Part shown: positions 55,247 to 64,000 of the stretch, piece by piece
How the letters are laid out: each line of letters starts with the position of its first letter
How positions within the stretch are numbered: position 1 is the first letter of the stretch
Source of the DNA: an uncultured Candidatus Saccharibacteria bacterium
GTDB lineage: Bacteria; Patescibacteriota; Saccharimonadia; Saccharimonadales; Saccharimonadaceae
Direction of reading: 5' to 3'
NCBI GenBank assembly: GCA_947085845.1
Contig: CAMTXO010000002.1
Coordinates: forward strand, 234,231 to 298,230
Length of the DNA: 64,000 nt
The notes under the pieces: generated by a model
What the model saw: only the letters and a program-made list of their open reading frames with translations
What the model was told of the DNA's origin: nothing
The model's database searches: none
Position numbers and translations under genes: made by a program

Positions 55247-56617
55247 CTATACACTTACAACTTCAGAAGTGGAAATGATAGTAGGCTCTAAATTGTCATC
55301 TTTTGAGCATTTATAAATAATCAAGTGAGCTATAAAACGAGCGATTTTTTCTGCTAGCTCACGACGCTCGATACTGGCCGACTCTACAACTTCGTCAACT
55401 ATTCTTTTAGTTGAACCACCCGACGCGTGTCCATCAACAGTAATGTCGCGTATTGCCTCAGGTTCAGCTTTTATAATTGCTAGCGCTTGAGGTCTGCCAA
55501 GTATCGCGTCCACCAGAGCTCGAGGAATATAATTATCATAAAGTGGCCAACGCACCGGGTCTTCAAGCGCCCTCGCACTTGCCTGATCGTGCGGACCACA
55601 ACCAGCACTATATGCTTCGGGGTCTCCCAGAGCTGTACGTTCAAACCGACGCTGCACTCCATATATTTGTGCAATTTCCTGACTAGCGGGATAAAAATTA
55701 CCAAGACCGTATACAAGCTCTGGCGATAAATACCTGTTACTAAATAAAGCCCTTCGGCCAATTGCTTTTACAGTTTCTGAACTGACTTCACTGTCTGCAA
55801 TTTCCAGTAGACGCATTGCAACATCGCCTAGTGCAGCATTTCCTGTACGTTCACCCATTCCTATCAATGTACCTTCTACTTTATCAAAACCAGCATATAT
55901 AGCCTGTACAGAAAACTCAACAGCCGAACCAAAGTCATTATGCGCATGTATGCTTGTAGTTACTGTTGGAAATTGGTTTTTTATTGCGGAATTGAAAGAT
56001 TCAAGTTCATCTAGTCGCCATACACCTACTGCAGACGAACCGTTTGTACTTGGTAGGTTTATGTTTACTTCTAGTTTTTCTTCTTTTTGTTCACAGTGTT
56101 TTAGTATTGCAGCGTAATATTGCATTGCATCACCCACACTTGCACCAGTGGCACCTTCGCCCGAAACTGAAAAACGACGAAAACCGTTTTCGTACGCTAT
56201 ATCAATTGCACTAGAAACTCTACGTGCAGATTCGTCACGGCCGTAATATTCGGAGGCCAAATCACGCATATTTTCATCTAATCGATCATAGACATGTACA
56301 ACTACTCTGTCTTTATCAAAACCCTCTAGCCACTGCAAGCCATTAGCTACTATTTCTGATTGCGAGCCAAATAGCACCTGCAAGGATATATCATCGTATT
56401 CACTATTTTTATTAATATGTTCTACAAGTGCCTTGGCATATGTTTGATCTGTGTCATTACCAAGATGTCCTATTTCAAATGTTTTTATACCTGTGCTTGC
56501 TAGTGCGTCAAAAGCATCGAGTCTTTCGCTCACCCCAACTTCATCTATTCTCATTTGTTCGCCGTCACGTTGTGTGACATCTACAAAATGTATTGGTTTT
56601 CTTTCTTCTCTACTCAT
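55247..56617 (-). CDS. HMGL-like DRE-TIM metallolyase (2-isopropylmalate/citramalate/homocitrate synthase family)
   Basis: VDVTQRDGEQ, E.GH, and HAHNDFG motifs. Substrate specificity is not assignable by eye. Confidence 0.75.
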   Translation of the reverse strand: MSREERKPIHFVDVTQRDGEQMRIDEVGVSERLDAFDALASTGIKTFEIGHLGNDTDQTYAKALVEHINKNSEYDDISLQVLFGSQSEIVANGLQWLEGFDKDRVVVHVYDRLDENMRDLASEYYGRDESARRVSSAIDIAYENGFRRFSVSGEGATGASVGDAMQYYAAILKHCEQKEEKLEVNINLPSTNGSSAVGVWRLDELESFNSAIKNQFPTVTTSIHAHNDFGSAVEFSVQAIYAGFDKVEGTLIGMGERTGNAALGDVAMRLLEIADSEVSSETVKAIGRRALFSNRYLSPELVYGLGNFYPASQEIAQIYGVQRRFERTALGDPEAYSAGCGPHDQASARALEDPVRWPLYDNYIPRALVDAILGRPQALAIIKAEPEAIRDITVDGHASGGSTKRIVDEVVESASIERRELAEKIARFIAHLIIYKCSKDDNLEPTIISTSEVVSV

Positions 56618-56641
56618 CCATTGTCTCCTAAAATTAAAAAT

Positions 56642-56726
56642 CGAGTCTCGTCGGACTCGGTTTAATTGCGGCTGTGCGGAGAGCTATTTAGTAGCTACGA
56701 GCCTCGACTTTAACAAGGCACAGCCG
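56642..56726 (-). promoter_or_regulatory. Structured 5' leader with intrinsic terminator (attenuator/riboswitch candidate)
   Basis: On the minus strand a 9-bp stem CGGCTGTGC...GCACAGCCG (56718-56726 / 56669-56677) encloses about 40 nt. It is followed by CGAGTC-CGACGA-GACTCG plus ATTTTTAATTTT, directly before the SD AGGAGA. Confidence 0.5.
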
Positions 56727-56798
56727 ATTTAGGCTGAGCAGTAGAATGTTTGTCAAAGTTGCTGCGTAGTTCATTACAATATTTACTATAACTTATAT

Positions 56799-57926
56799 TC
56801 AGTTATGTGTGAAGGCCAGTGTCTGTCCCGCACCTTCGGTCCCTTTACTAACTATACTGATACTTGGCCGCTGTGTGACTCTGCCTATAATCTTTGCTTC
56901 GAGCCCTCTCCTTTTTGCATGCTCAATAATAGGTACTGGTTTTGGAGAAGAAATAATCATTCCAGTTCCCATGTGCCATTTTCCGTACGATTCTTTATCG
57001 CTCATACCAGAAAGGGTTTGTGCGAATTTCATAATTGGCGGTGGAGATTGTGGACTAAGAAGAATTGCACCTAGGCCAGACGGCTCAAGCATTCTACCAA
57101 GCTTGCTCGGTATGCCGCCACCAGTAATATGTGCTACTCCTGTTACCTCTGCTAGTGGTTCTCTTGTAATGTCATACCCACCCGTCAGCTCGTTAACAAA
57201 ACTGCTATATATGATAGATGGTTTTTGAACAAGTTGTCCAAGTGATGCATCGCCAAGCTCACTTACTACTTGTTCGTGCCACAAAGGACCAAATTCTTCT
57301 TTCATAACTCTTCTTACATCGGTTAAACCATTCGATCGAAAACCGTGCTCAGCCAGGCCTACCAACATATCACCTGGCGCTATTTTGTCGCCTGCAAGTA
57401 TTCTTTCGGGATGAGCATATGAAAGTAATGTTGCTCCCCAGTTGTAATTGAACGTCCCATACCCACCGATTCGGTCGCCCAATTCGGCAAGCTCTCCATT
57501 TAGTATCACTACTTTTGCCAAAGCAGCTGCAGCCACATACCCCTCAGCAATGCCAGCAATTGCTTCGATTGTCAGCTGGTCATTTTCGTCTAGTTTATTA
57601 ACATCAAGCACTGTGTTAATTGCAATTGGTTCAGCGCCACGCACTACGGCGTCGTCACACACCATTGCAAAAAGATCATGCGCAACACTTGAGTGATCTT
57701 TTGTGCGTTCAGCAACTTCAACTTTAGTTCCCACACCATCAGAGCCGAGTAGTTCAAAACATTCGGCAGGTTTGTAGGCGGGGTCAATGGCACGAAGACC
57801 CGAAAACGAAGGATGTAGCTCTGCAACAGCACCTGGCCTATTAATATAGGTTTGTTTTGCTGCTTGGTAGAGCATTCTAGATACATCGTCGCCAAACTCT
57901 ATATTGACTTGTCCTACTTCACTCAT
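56799..57926 (-). CDS. purM: PurM-like protein (phosphoribosylformylglycinamidine cyclo-ligase / AIR synthase family)
   Basis: GSDGVGTKVEVA motif with N- and C-terminal PurM-fold domains. The ATG at 57926 (MSEVGQ...) is preferred over the ORF-track start at 57986. Confidence 0.7.
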   Translation of the reverse strand: MSEVGQVNIEFGDDVSRMLYQAAKQTYINRPGAVAELHPSFSGLRAIDPAYKPAECFELLGSDGVGTKVEVAERTKDHSSVAHDLFAMVCDDAVVRGAEPIAINTVLDVNKLDENDQLTIEAIAGIAEGYVAAAALAKVVILNGELAELGDRIGGYGTFNYNWGATLLSYAHPERILAGDKIAPGDMLVGLAEHGFRSNGLTDVRRVMKEEFGPLWHEQVVSELGDASLGQLVQKPSIIYSSFVNELTGGYDITREPLAEVTGVAHITGGGIPSKLGRMLEPSGLGAILLSPQSPPPIMKFAQTLSGMSDKESYGKWHMGTGMIISSPKPVPIIEHAKRRGLEAKIIGRVTQRPSISIVSKGTEGAGQTLAFTHN

Positions 57927-58046
57927 ATCTTCAGTATACGTGGGCAATTTGCATATCCAAAGCATGAGCAATATGATAATTGCCAAGTATTTGTAAAGCT
58001 GTCATACTCATAAGCATAAGAATATAGGGAACAAAAACATACATAT

Positions 58047-59732
58047 ATGCATGGTCTAGATATATTTGCTCAACTCAGCCTTATCATCGTTTTTGTGACG
58101 GTCATTTCTATGATCGTTCATCTGCTAAAACAACCTTTGATTCTTGGTTATATTTTAACTGGTATTCTCATTGGTCCATCTGCTTTTAACCTACTATCAA
58201 AAGGTAACGAGAGTTTCGAAGTCTTTTCTAGCATCGGCATTACACTGCTGTTATTTATTATTGGTCTGGGGTTGAACGCTGGGGTCTTTCGTAAATTAGG
58301 TAAAGTAGTCCTGCTGGTAGCGCTTTCGGAACTAGTGGTTGTAGGTAGTGTTGGATTCTTTATTACCCAATCGTTTGGCTTTAACTTTACCGAGGCTCTA
58401 CTTATTGGTCTGTGTTTGTTCTTTAGCTCAACAATTATTATCGTCAAGGTATTGTCCGATAAAAAAGAACAAACTCGCCTACATGGTCAGATTGCAATCG
58501 GCGTCATTCTTCTTGACGACCTTGTTGCTACTATCGCTCTATTGTTTGTAGCTGCTGGCAAAAATGGCTTTGAAGTAACCGAGCTTGGGCTGCTTATCAT
58601 AAAGGGAATTATACTGGCTACGATTTTGTATTTGGTGAGTTCAAAAGTCTTGCCTCGGCTCAGCAAAATGTTTGCTGGTAGCCAAGAGCTTTTGTTTTTG
58701 TTTACCATCGCGTGGGGATTTGGTGTCGCTACAATATTCGAACTAGCTGGTTTTTCTATAGAAGTTGGTGCATTGTTCGCGGGTGTTAGTTTAGCTAGTC
58801 TTCCGTACAGCCAGGAAATGGCATCACGCTTGAAGCCTTTGCGAGACTTTTTCATTGTGCTGTTCTTCATAACTTTGGGAGAAAGTTTAAACATTGGAAA
58901 CTTGGCCGCTGGCATAATACCGGCAATAGTTCTTTCCGCGGTGGTCGTTATACTAAAACCACTTTCGGTCATGGTCGGATTGGGGCTGTTCGGCTATACA
59001 AAACGTACTAGCTTTAAAGCAGGTATTAATTTGTCGCAAATAAGTGAGTTCTCCATCATACTTATTGTGCTGGCTGCCGGAACTGGTATGGTTGGCGCGG
59101 ACTTAGCAGCAATTGTAACGTTGGTGGCTATTATCACCATTGCTACATCTACATACCTTATGCAGTACGACAACCAAATATTACAAAAACTCGAGCAGCG
59201 ATTTGAGTTTTTCAAAGAACGTATTACGAGAGAAGAGGATGTTTCACAAACCACAAACCACTCACTCATTTTGTTTGGCTACAAAAAAGGTGGCCATGAG
59301 TTTGTGCGTACATTTAAACAAATGCACAAAAAATATGTAATTATCGACTACAACCCAGAAGTTATTGAGTCACTCGAACGACAACGCTTACCGTTTATAT
59401 ATGGCGATGCGACCGACATTGAGTTACTGCGAGAAATTGGTATACGTAACGCACAGTTAATAGTAAGTACAATGACGAACTTTAGTTCAAACGAACAACT
59501 TGTTAAATATTCACACCGGGTAAACCCAAAAACAATCATTGTTTGTCACGCCGACAACTACGAAGAAGCCGTCGCTCTGTACCGTCACGGCGCAACTTAT
59601 GTAATGCTACCTCACTATATTGGTAGTGAACGTATAAGTGCGTTTATCAAAAAACACGGTACCAATCACAAGGCATTTAACGAATACCGCCAAAAACACT
59701 TGCTCAACCTAGGCCGCACTGCACTTAAATAA
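58047..59732 (+). CDS. CPA2 cation:proton antiporter with C-terminal RCK/TrkA-N domain (Kef-type)
   Basis: About 12 TM helices with a Na_H_exchanger-like pattern, followed by LILFGYKKGGHEF Rossmann-like RCK domain. Confidence 0.82.
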   Translation: MHGLDIFAQLSLIIVFVTVISMIVHLLKQPLILGYILTGILIGPSAFNLLSKGNESFEVFSSIGITLLLFIIGLGLNAGVFRKLGKVVLLVALSELVVVGSVGFFITQSFGFNFTEALLIGLCLFFSSTIIIVKVLSDKKEQTRLHGQIAIGVILLDDLVATIALLFVAAGKNGFEVTELGLLIIKGIILATILYLVSSKVLPRLSKMFAGSQELLFLFTIAWGFGVATIFELAGFSIEVGALFAGVSLASLPYSQEMASRLKPLRDFFIVLFFITLGESLNIGNLAAGIIPAIVLSAVVVILKPLSVMVGLGLFGYTKRTSFKAGINLSQISEFSIILIVLAAGTGMVGADLAAIVTLVAIITIATSTYLMQYDNQILQKLEQRFEFFKERITREEDVSQTTNHSLILFGYKKGGHEFVRTFKQMHKKYVIIDYNPEVIESLERQRLPFIYGDATDIELLREIGIRNAQLIVSTMTNFSSNEQLVKYSHRVNPKTIIVCHADNYEEAVALYRHGATYVMLPHYIGSERISAFIKKHGTNHKAFNEYRQKHLLNLGRTALK

Positions 59733-59787
59733 ACCTCTTTGATTTTTTAGCAATTTTAGTGTTAAAATTATATTAAAGGAGTTTATT

Positions 59788-60096
59788 ATGTCACGATTAG
59801 TCCTCATTAGTGCCGGTGAAGGTGTAGCTGGTAAACATAAGCGACCCGATATATCCATTAGAGCTGCTGATAGTCTAAAAGCATCCACAGACCCAATAGT
59901 TGTCGAAGCAGTTACGGGTGTAGATATCGCACTGGGCGCTCTATGGCAAAAAGCTGCTGATCACATGCCTTACGTTGAAAGAAGAGATGCTTTGGAAGAT
60001 CTCGATGCACATGGTGCAGTTAGTAGGAATACTCAAACTCACACACCTTCAAAACTAAAAACTTTCAGTGCTGGCGTTCTCAAAATCATAAAGTAA
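59788..60096 (+). CDS. Hypothetical protein
   Basis: Strong SD (AAAGGAG) and a terminator hairpin after the stop. No motif. Confidence 0.55.
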   Translation: MSRLVLISAGEGVAGKHKRPDISIRAADSLKASTDPIVVEAVTGVDIALGALWQKAADHMPYVERRDALEDLDAHGAVSRNTQTHTPSKLKTFSAGVLKIIK

Positions 60097-60134
60097 AACC
60101 CCGCCAAGTGTAAAAACCTGACGGGGTTACGTGA

Positions 60135-60803
60135 CTACAAAGTCACGTTTTCTTTCGCCCACTCGAATGCTTCGAGTGAACGCTGGCGAGCCTTCAAGGC
60201 TGCTTTTGGTGGAGTGTCTTCACCCCACCATGCAGACCAAAACGGCTCGTTTGGGTTGATGCACTCTAGATATTGCTGGTGACGCAACTTGCCGTCCACG
60301 AACTTGAAGTTGCGTTGGACATAGGTTGGCCTGTAGCCAACTTTTTCTAGAGCTTTGCGACTGGCAGTATTGCCATGCATCACTCCGGAATTGATTTGGT
60401 GCAAGCCAACATGCTGACACAGGTACCAAGTTCGAGCCTTGTGTATGGCAGATGCAATGCCTTTCCCCCAAAGTTCAGGGCGAAAGATTTGCGAGCCAGT
60501 AACTGTGCTAGATACTCCGCAGTAGTGTGTGATGTTTGTAGCACTAGTCACACCTATGACAGTTCGTTTCTCGCCTGCAACATTATAAATGCCCCAAACT
60601 AGAGAGTCTCGCTGCGTACGTACTTTTTCGAACCAGTCAAACTCGTCCTCTAGCACGGGCGCCATTGAAGTACCCAAAAAACGAGTGACAACTGCCTGCT
60701 GCATACCCGGAGATACAAACTCCTTTAGATCTTTCCTTGCGATAGGAGCAAGCTCAATTGTAAGCTCACCAACCTTCATACGCATGATTGGACCAAATGC
60801 CAT
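60135..60803 (-). CDS. GNAT-family N-acetyltransferase (RimJ/RimL-like)
   Basis: The motif A region ..WGKGIASAI... and the size are typical. Confidence 0.7.
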   Translation of the reverse strand: MAFGPIMRMKVGELTIELAPIARKDLKEFVSPGMQQAVVTRFLGTSMAPVLEDEFDWFEKVRTQRDSLVWGIYNVAGEKRTVIGVTSATNITHYCGVSSTVTGSQIFRPELWGKGIASAIHKARTWYLCQHVGLHQINSGVMHGNTASRKALEKVGYRPTYVQRNFKFVDGKLRHQQYLECINPNEPFWSAWWGEDTPPKAALKARQRSLEAFEWAKENVTL

Positions 60804-61077
60804 TTCTGGCTCCCTTCTTCCTTCAGTTTCCCGAAAGAAATGTTGTATGTGTACTTGGTTTCAGATTTTCCGAAACCAGATCTGCCTCCAAGTTGTTTCT
60901 TATATAAAAAGCCTCCGTAACTTGGAGGCTTATCTCGTTTCAATAAATTGTGTTTAAGTAGTTAAAAGATAAGCCATACCAGCAATGCCGTCATTCATAG
61001 TGACGATGGGTGGTGTTAGGTATGAATTAAATTTGTTCATATACTTACTTTAACATAACTACTATATTTTGCAAATA

Positions 61078-61542
61078 CTACTTTTTAGTAACTTTTACCA
61101 TCGCATGACGTATTGGAGTTTGGCCTAGTAGATAGCCGGGTTGTAGCTCTTCGGCTATGACTTCACTGTCACCCTCAGCTTCTTCGTCGAATTGTATGGC
61201 TTCATGCAGATCGGGGTTGAAGGCTGTGCCAGCTTTTGCATCGATTCGCTTCAAGTTTAAACCTTCAAGAGATTTGTCAAGGTTTTTTGCTAAGCCTGCG
61301 ACACCTTGTGCCCATTTGTCAGCTTTGAGCTCAGCTGGCATATGGCCAATTGCTCGCTCGATATTGTCGATGACTGGTAGTAGCTTTAAGATTGCGCCTG
61401 TTTGCCCTGCTTCGCGTGCAGAAAGTTTGTCGAGCTCGCTACGGCGTCGAAAGTTTTCGAAATCGGCACGAGTACGCTGCAAGTCGGCGATTGCGTCGAT
61501 CAACTTTTCTTCTAGCTCGGCTTGTTTTTTAGGCTTTGGCAT
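61078..61542 (-). CDS. grpE: Nucleotide exchange factor GrpE
   Basis: DFENFRRR and NPDLHEAI motifs. The start abuts the hrcA stop (TAAATG). Confidence 0.93.
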   Translation of the reverse strand: MPKPKKQAELEEKLIDAIADLQRTRADFENFRRRSELDKLSAREAGQTGAILKLLPVIDNIERAIGHMPAELKADKWAQGVAGLAKNLDKSLEGLNLKRIDAKAGTAFNPDLHEAIQFDEEAEGDSEVIAEELQPGYLLGQTPIRHAMVKVTKK

Positions 61543-62280
61543 TTAGAGAATTTCCTCCAACATTGAACCCGCATGTCGGACTAACCCCATAACTTTGCCG
61601 TAGCTTTGACGTGTTGGGCCAAGTATACCTATGTAGCTGTTGTCACTATATGGTGAGCGGAAACGACTAATGATTAGTGTTGCTTCGGCGTTTTTTCCAA
61701 TTGGATTTTCAGTGCCAATAAAGACATTTAGTGGTTCGTTTGGCGCGGCTTCACGTAGCCACGGCTCGAGGTTGTCGAGTAGGCGTGCAACATTTTGCGA
61801 ATGAGTCGCACCGGTAAATTCTGGGTGTGAGAAAAGATTGCCCATACCACTAAGATACAACTGGTCGCCAATAGTTGCGATGCCTAAGTTGTGCGTAAGG
61901 TCGGCAAGGCTGTCTACTGTAGAGCGAATAGCTTGGTCGGCACGATCGCCGTGCGTAGAAGCACGAGCTTCGATGGCACGTGCGCTGCGATCTAACACTG
62001 GAGTTTCGTTTGCTTCGGTAATGCCGTTTACATAGTAGCGATAGCCTTTGTCGGTAGGTACTCGACCTGCACTTGTGTGAGGCTGGGCTATAAGACCCAT
62101 TTCTTCAAGACGCACCATTTCTGCGCGAATAGTTGCACTGGAAACACCGAAAAGTTTTGCGAGAGTAACACTACCTACAGGTACCGCAACTTCTGCATAC
62201 TGTTCGATAATGCTGGCCAAAATAGCAATTTGTCTCTCTGTCATATGTGTAATTATAGTCTTTTTGGCGCTCTCGGTCAA
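61543..62280 (-). CDS. hrcA: Heat-inducible repressor HrcA (short form)
   Basis: LTERQIAIL...VGS..LA....VSSATIR.EM..LE..G....PHTSAGR.PT..GYR. The start is either the TTG at 62280, overlapping the upstream stop (TTGA), or the ATG at 62244. Confidence 0.9.
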   Translation of the reverse strand: MTESAKKTIITHMTERQIAILASIIEQYAEVAVPVGSVTLAKLFGVSSATIRAEMVRLEEMGLIAQPHTSAGRVPTDKGYRYYVNGITEANETPVLDRSARAIEARASTHGDRADQAIRSTVDSLADLTHNLGIATIGDQLYLSGMGNLFSHPEFTGATHSQNVARLLDNLEPWLREAAPNEPLNVFIGTENPIGKNAEATLIISRFRSPYSDNSYIGILGPTRQSYGKVMGLVRHAGSMLEEIL

Positions 62281-62290
62281 TGAGTGCTAG
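62264..62290. promoter_or_regulatory. Degenerate CIRCE-like inverted repeat at the hrcA start
   Basis: Minus strand CTAGCACTC-ATTGACCGA-GAGCGCCAA, with 8/9 and 7/9 matches to the consensus arms. Confidence 0.5.
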
Positions 62291-62999
62291 CACGAATTGC
62301 TTCGAGAAGTTCGTGTGCTACTTTAGACCCACGTTGCCATGCAATATCCGACTGCTCTTCGCCGTCGGCGATAGATTCTATTTGCTGGGCTGCGTCTTTA
62401 AGGTCGTCGTTTATGATGATGGAGTAGTAGTGTTTACCCAGAACGTGTTCAATTTCTTGAGCAGCCGTATGCAAACGACGCTGAAATTCACCTTCGCCCA
62501 ACCTGCCTTCGTAGCGTGCCTTAAATCGTTGCTGCCAAGTGTCGAAATCTGGAGGTAGTACAAAAATTGGCTTGGTAGTTTCGGAAGCTATCTTCATGTA
62601 TTCTTCTACGCCTGCTACATCAACATCGGCTATTGCAGCTTTATGTTGTGTTTCACAATCTTTGAATTCTTGCGGACTAGTAGCATACATATTTTGCCTA
62701 TGTACCCATTTTGCTTCTACAAATTCGTGATTTTCAAGCATATTAATTGCTTGATTCATGGTAATAAAATGATACTCGACACCATCTTTTTCCAGAACTC
62801 CGTTATTTTCACGCGGTGGTCGTGTAACGTGTGAAATAACATAACGAAATTTGTCGGTTTTGAGTAGCTCACGTATCATTGCATTTTTGCCAGCACCAGC
62901 GATGCCAACTATAAATACTTTTGGCACGCGTTTTATAATTTCAACTGTTTCTTGAGTTGGTTGATAGTCGTTAATAAGTTTAGCTATTTGCTCGTTCAT
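62277..62999 (-). CDS. P-loop kinase, guanylate-kinase-like
   Basis: GIAGAGKN P-loop and SHVTRPPRE..G..DGVEYHF, resembling the Gmk TTRPPR..E..G.DY.F motif. Confidence 0.65.
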   Translation of the reverse strand: MNEQIAKLINDYQPTQETVEIIKRVPKVFIVGIAGAGKNAMIRELLKTDKFRYVISHVTRPPRENNGVLEKDGVEYHFITMNQAINMLENHEFVEAKWVHRQNMYATSPQEFKDCETQHKAAIADVDVAGVEEYMKIASETTKPIFVLPPDFDTWQQRFKARYEGRLGEGEFQRRLHTAAQEIEHVLGKHYYSIIINDDLKDAAQQIESIADGEEQSDIAWQRGSKVAHELLEAIRASTH

Positions 63000-63031
63000 A
63001 TAGTAGAGCTTTAATTATACCAGAATAGATA

Positions 63032-63802
63032 CTAGCTGCGAAGTTTGTAGCCGCGTTTGAACAAGCGAGCATTGATGGTGATTATTGCGATGGTGGCCGC
63101 TGTGATTGCGAGTAGTGATAAGTATGGATTCACATCAGAGTGACCGAGCATACCATAGCGCACTGTGTTAATCATATAAAAGATTGGGTCAAAATGAGTC
63201 AAGGTTTTGAATGGTTCTGGCAGCAATGTAACTGAATAAAATACACCGCCTAAGAAAATTAATGGTGTCAGAATGAATGTTTGATATGAGGTGATTTGAT
63301 CGAAAGTATCGCTGATCAAACCAACAAGCACACCAATCGATGAAAAGAATAATCCACTAAGCGTTAGTCCAAGAATGAATATCCATGCATGTTCCATTGG
63401 TAGCTGAATCATTAAACTAGCCGTTATAAATGCAATGATAACGACGATGCTCGATCGTAAGAAACCGGCTAATGTATACGCCACTAGTAAACTGTAGTTT
63501 GAGACTGGTGATGCCAGCTGATCATCGATAGCATGCATCATTTTTTGCTGAAATAAACTAGAGCTGTTATTGGCGTAACTGTTAATAATCATACTCATGA
63601 GTAGCAAGCCTGGAATAATAAAGACGACGTAACTGACACCATGGATTTCATTTATACGTGAACCAAGTGCCGCACCAAATACACTAATGTATAGAAAAGT
63701 TTCGAGGAGTGGCCCCGCTACTGTCTGACGAGGAATCGAGAGAAAACGATAACACTCACGTCGAAGTAAACTATAAAAACCTATCCATTCACCGCGACTC
63801 AT
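63032..63802 (-). CDS. ABC-2 type transporter permease
   Basis: 6 TM helices. The start overlaps the stop of the upstream ATPase (ATGA). Confidence 0.8.
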   Translation of the reverse strand: MSRGEWIGFYSLLRRECYRFLSIPRQTVAGPLLETFLYISVFGAALGSRINEIHGVSYVVFIIPGLLLMSMIINSYANNSSSLFQQKMMHAIDDQLASPVSNYSLLVAYTLAGFLRSSIVVIIAFITASLMIQLPMEHAWIFILGLTLSGLFFSSIGVLVGLISDTFDQITSYQTFILTPLIFLGGVFYSVTLLPEPFKTLTHFDPIFYMINTVRYGMLGHSDVNPYLSLLAITAATIAIITINARLFKRGYKLRS

Positions 63803-64000
63803 ACTGATGACTCCTGTTTGTCGCCGGTTGCTTTTAGATAGACATCTTCGAGAGTTTTTACTTTATAAGCTTTTTTGAGCTCACTCACTGTTCCGACTTT
63901 TAATATCTTGCCATCGTTGATTAATGCAATTTGATCGCACAGCTCTTCGGCTTCTTCGATGTAATGCGTGGTGAGTAGAATTGTTGTTCCCTGCTCGTTA
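63799..64000 (-). CDS. ABC transporter ATP-binding protein, C-terminal fragment (runs off the window)
   Basis: My translation is NEQGTTILLTTHYIEEAEELCDQIALINDGKIL..., covering the H-loop region and D-loop-distal part. Confidence 0.85.
   Translation of the reverse strand, partial: NEQGTTILLTTHYIEEAEELCDQIALINDGKILKVGTVSELKKAYKVKTLEDVYLKATGDKQESSV

Noticed and set aside
60957-61043. 28-codon minus-strand ORF (MNKFNSYLTPPIVTMNDGIAGMAYLLTT) between grpE and its terminator
   Set aside because: It has a weak or absent SD and no supporting feature. I cannot distinguish it from chance in AT-rich intergenic DNA.
1-64000. CRISPR arrays, rRNA genes, IS elements/transposases, integrases, prophage structural genes, toxin-antitoxin pairs
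   Set aside because: I looked for regularly spaced repeats, rRNA signatures, DDE/tyrosine-recombinase motifs and paired small ORFs. None were found. The AbrB/MazE-fold gene at 25432 has no adjacent toxin and instead precedes an efflux pump.

Overview
This is a gene-dense, moderately AT-rich bacterial chromosome segment. It holds about 75 CDS, 9 tRNA genes that all encode CCA, no rRNA, no CRISPR array, and no transposase or integrase. The content suggests a reduced-genome Patescibacteria/CPR organism, Saccharibacteria-like. This call is an inference from gene content, not a database hit. It rests on many type IV pilin-like genes plus ComEC, an archaeal-type AspRS, scattered murein genes (murJ, murC-like, murB, murA, ddl), small transporters, and little biosynthesis. 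Housekeeping genes I recognise confidently are lepA, murJ, ftsH, tilS, aspS, corA, folD, murB, glyA, a yebC-family gene, ddl, pheA, rimK, dnaJ, dnaK, grpE and hrcA. Six things deserve a second look. (1) A ~420-nt GC-rich non-coding unit at 50852-51270 has a consensus sigma70 promoter and an intrinsic terminator, and I cannot assign it to RNase P, tmRNA, SRP or 6S by eye. (2) Convergent with it, an AT-rich single-polypeptide ABC-ATPase + Toprim protein (OLD/PARIS-like, 51289-53142) is translationally coupled to dnaK, downstream of a CIRCE operator. (3) Two 160-180 bp modules lie downstream of tRNA-Met and tRNA-Arg. Each ends in a direct repeat of that tRNA's own 3' end, and they share a ~58-nt core with compensatory hairpin changes. 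No integrase is nearby and both sit next to pilin loci. (4) Two tandem major-pilin paralogs show a mosaic of identical and variable blocks. (5) MurA carries an N-terminal XRE HTH domain. (6) A dihydrolipoamide-dehydrogenase homolog has lost both redox cysteines and the catalytic histidine. The hrcA/grpE/dnaK/dnaJ genes are split into three separately CIRCE-marked units. All coordinates for RNAs and motifs were read by eye and may be off by 1-2 nt.
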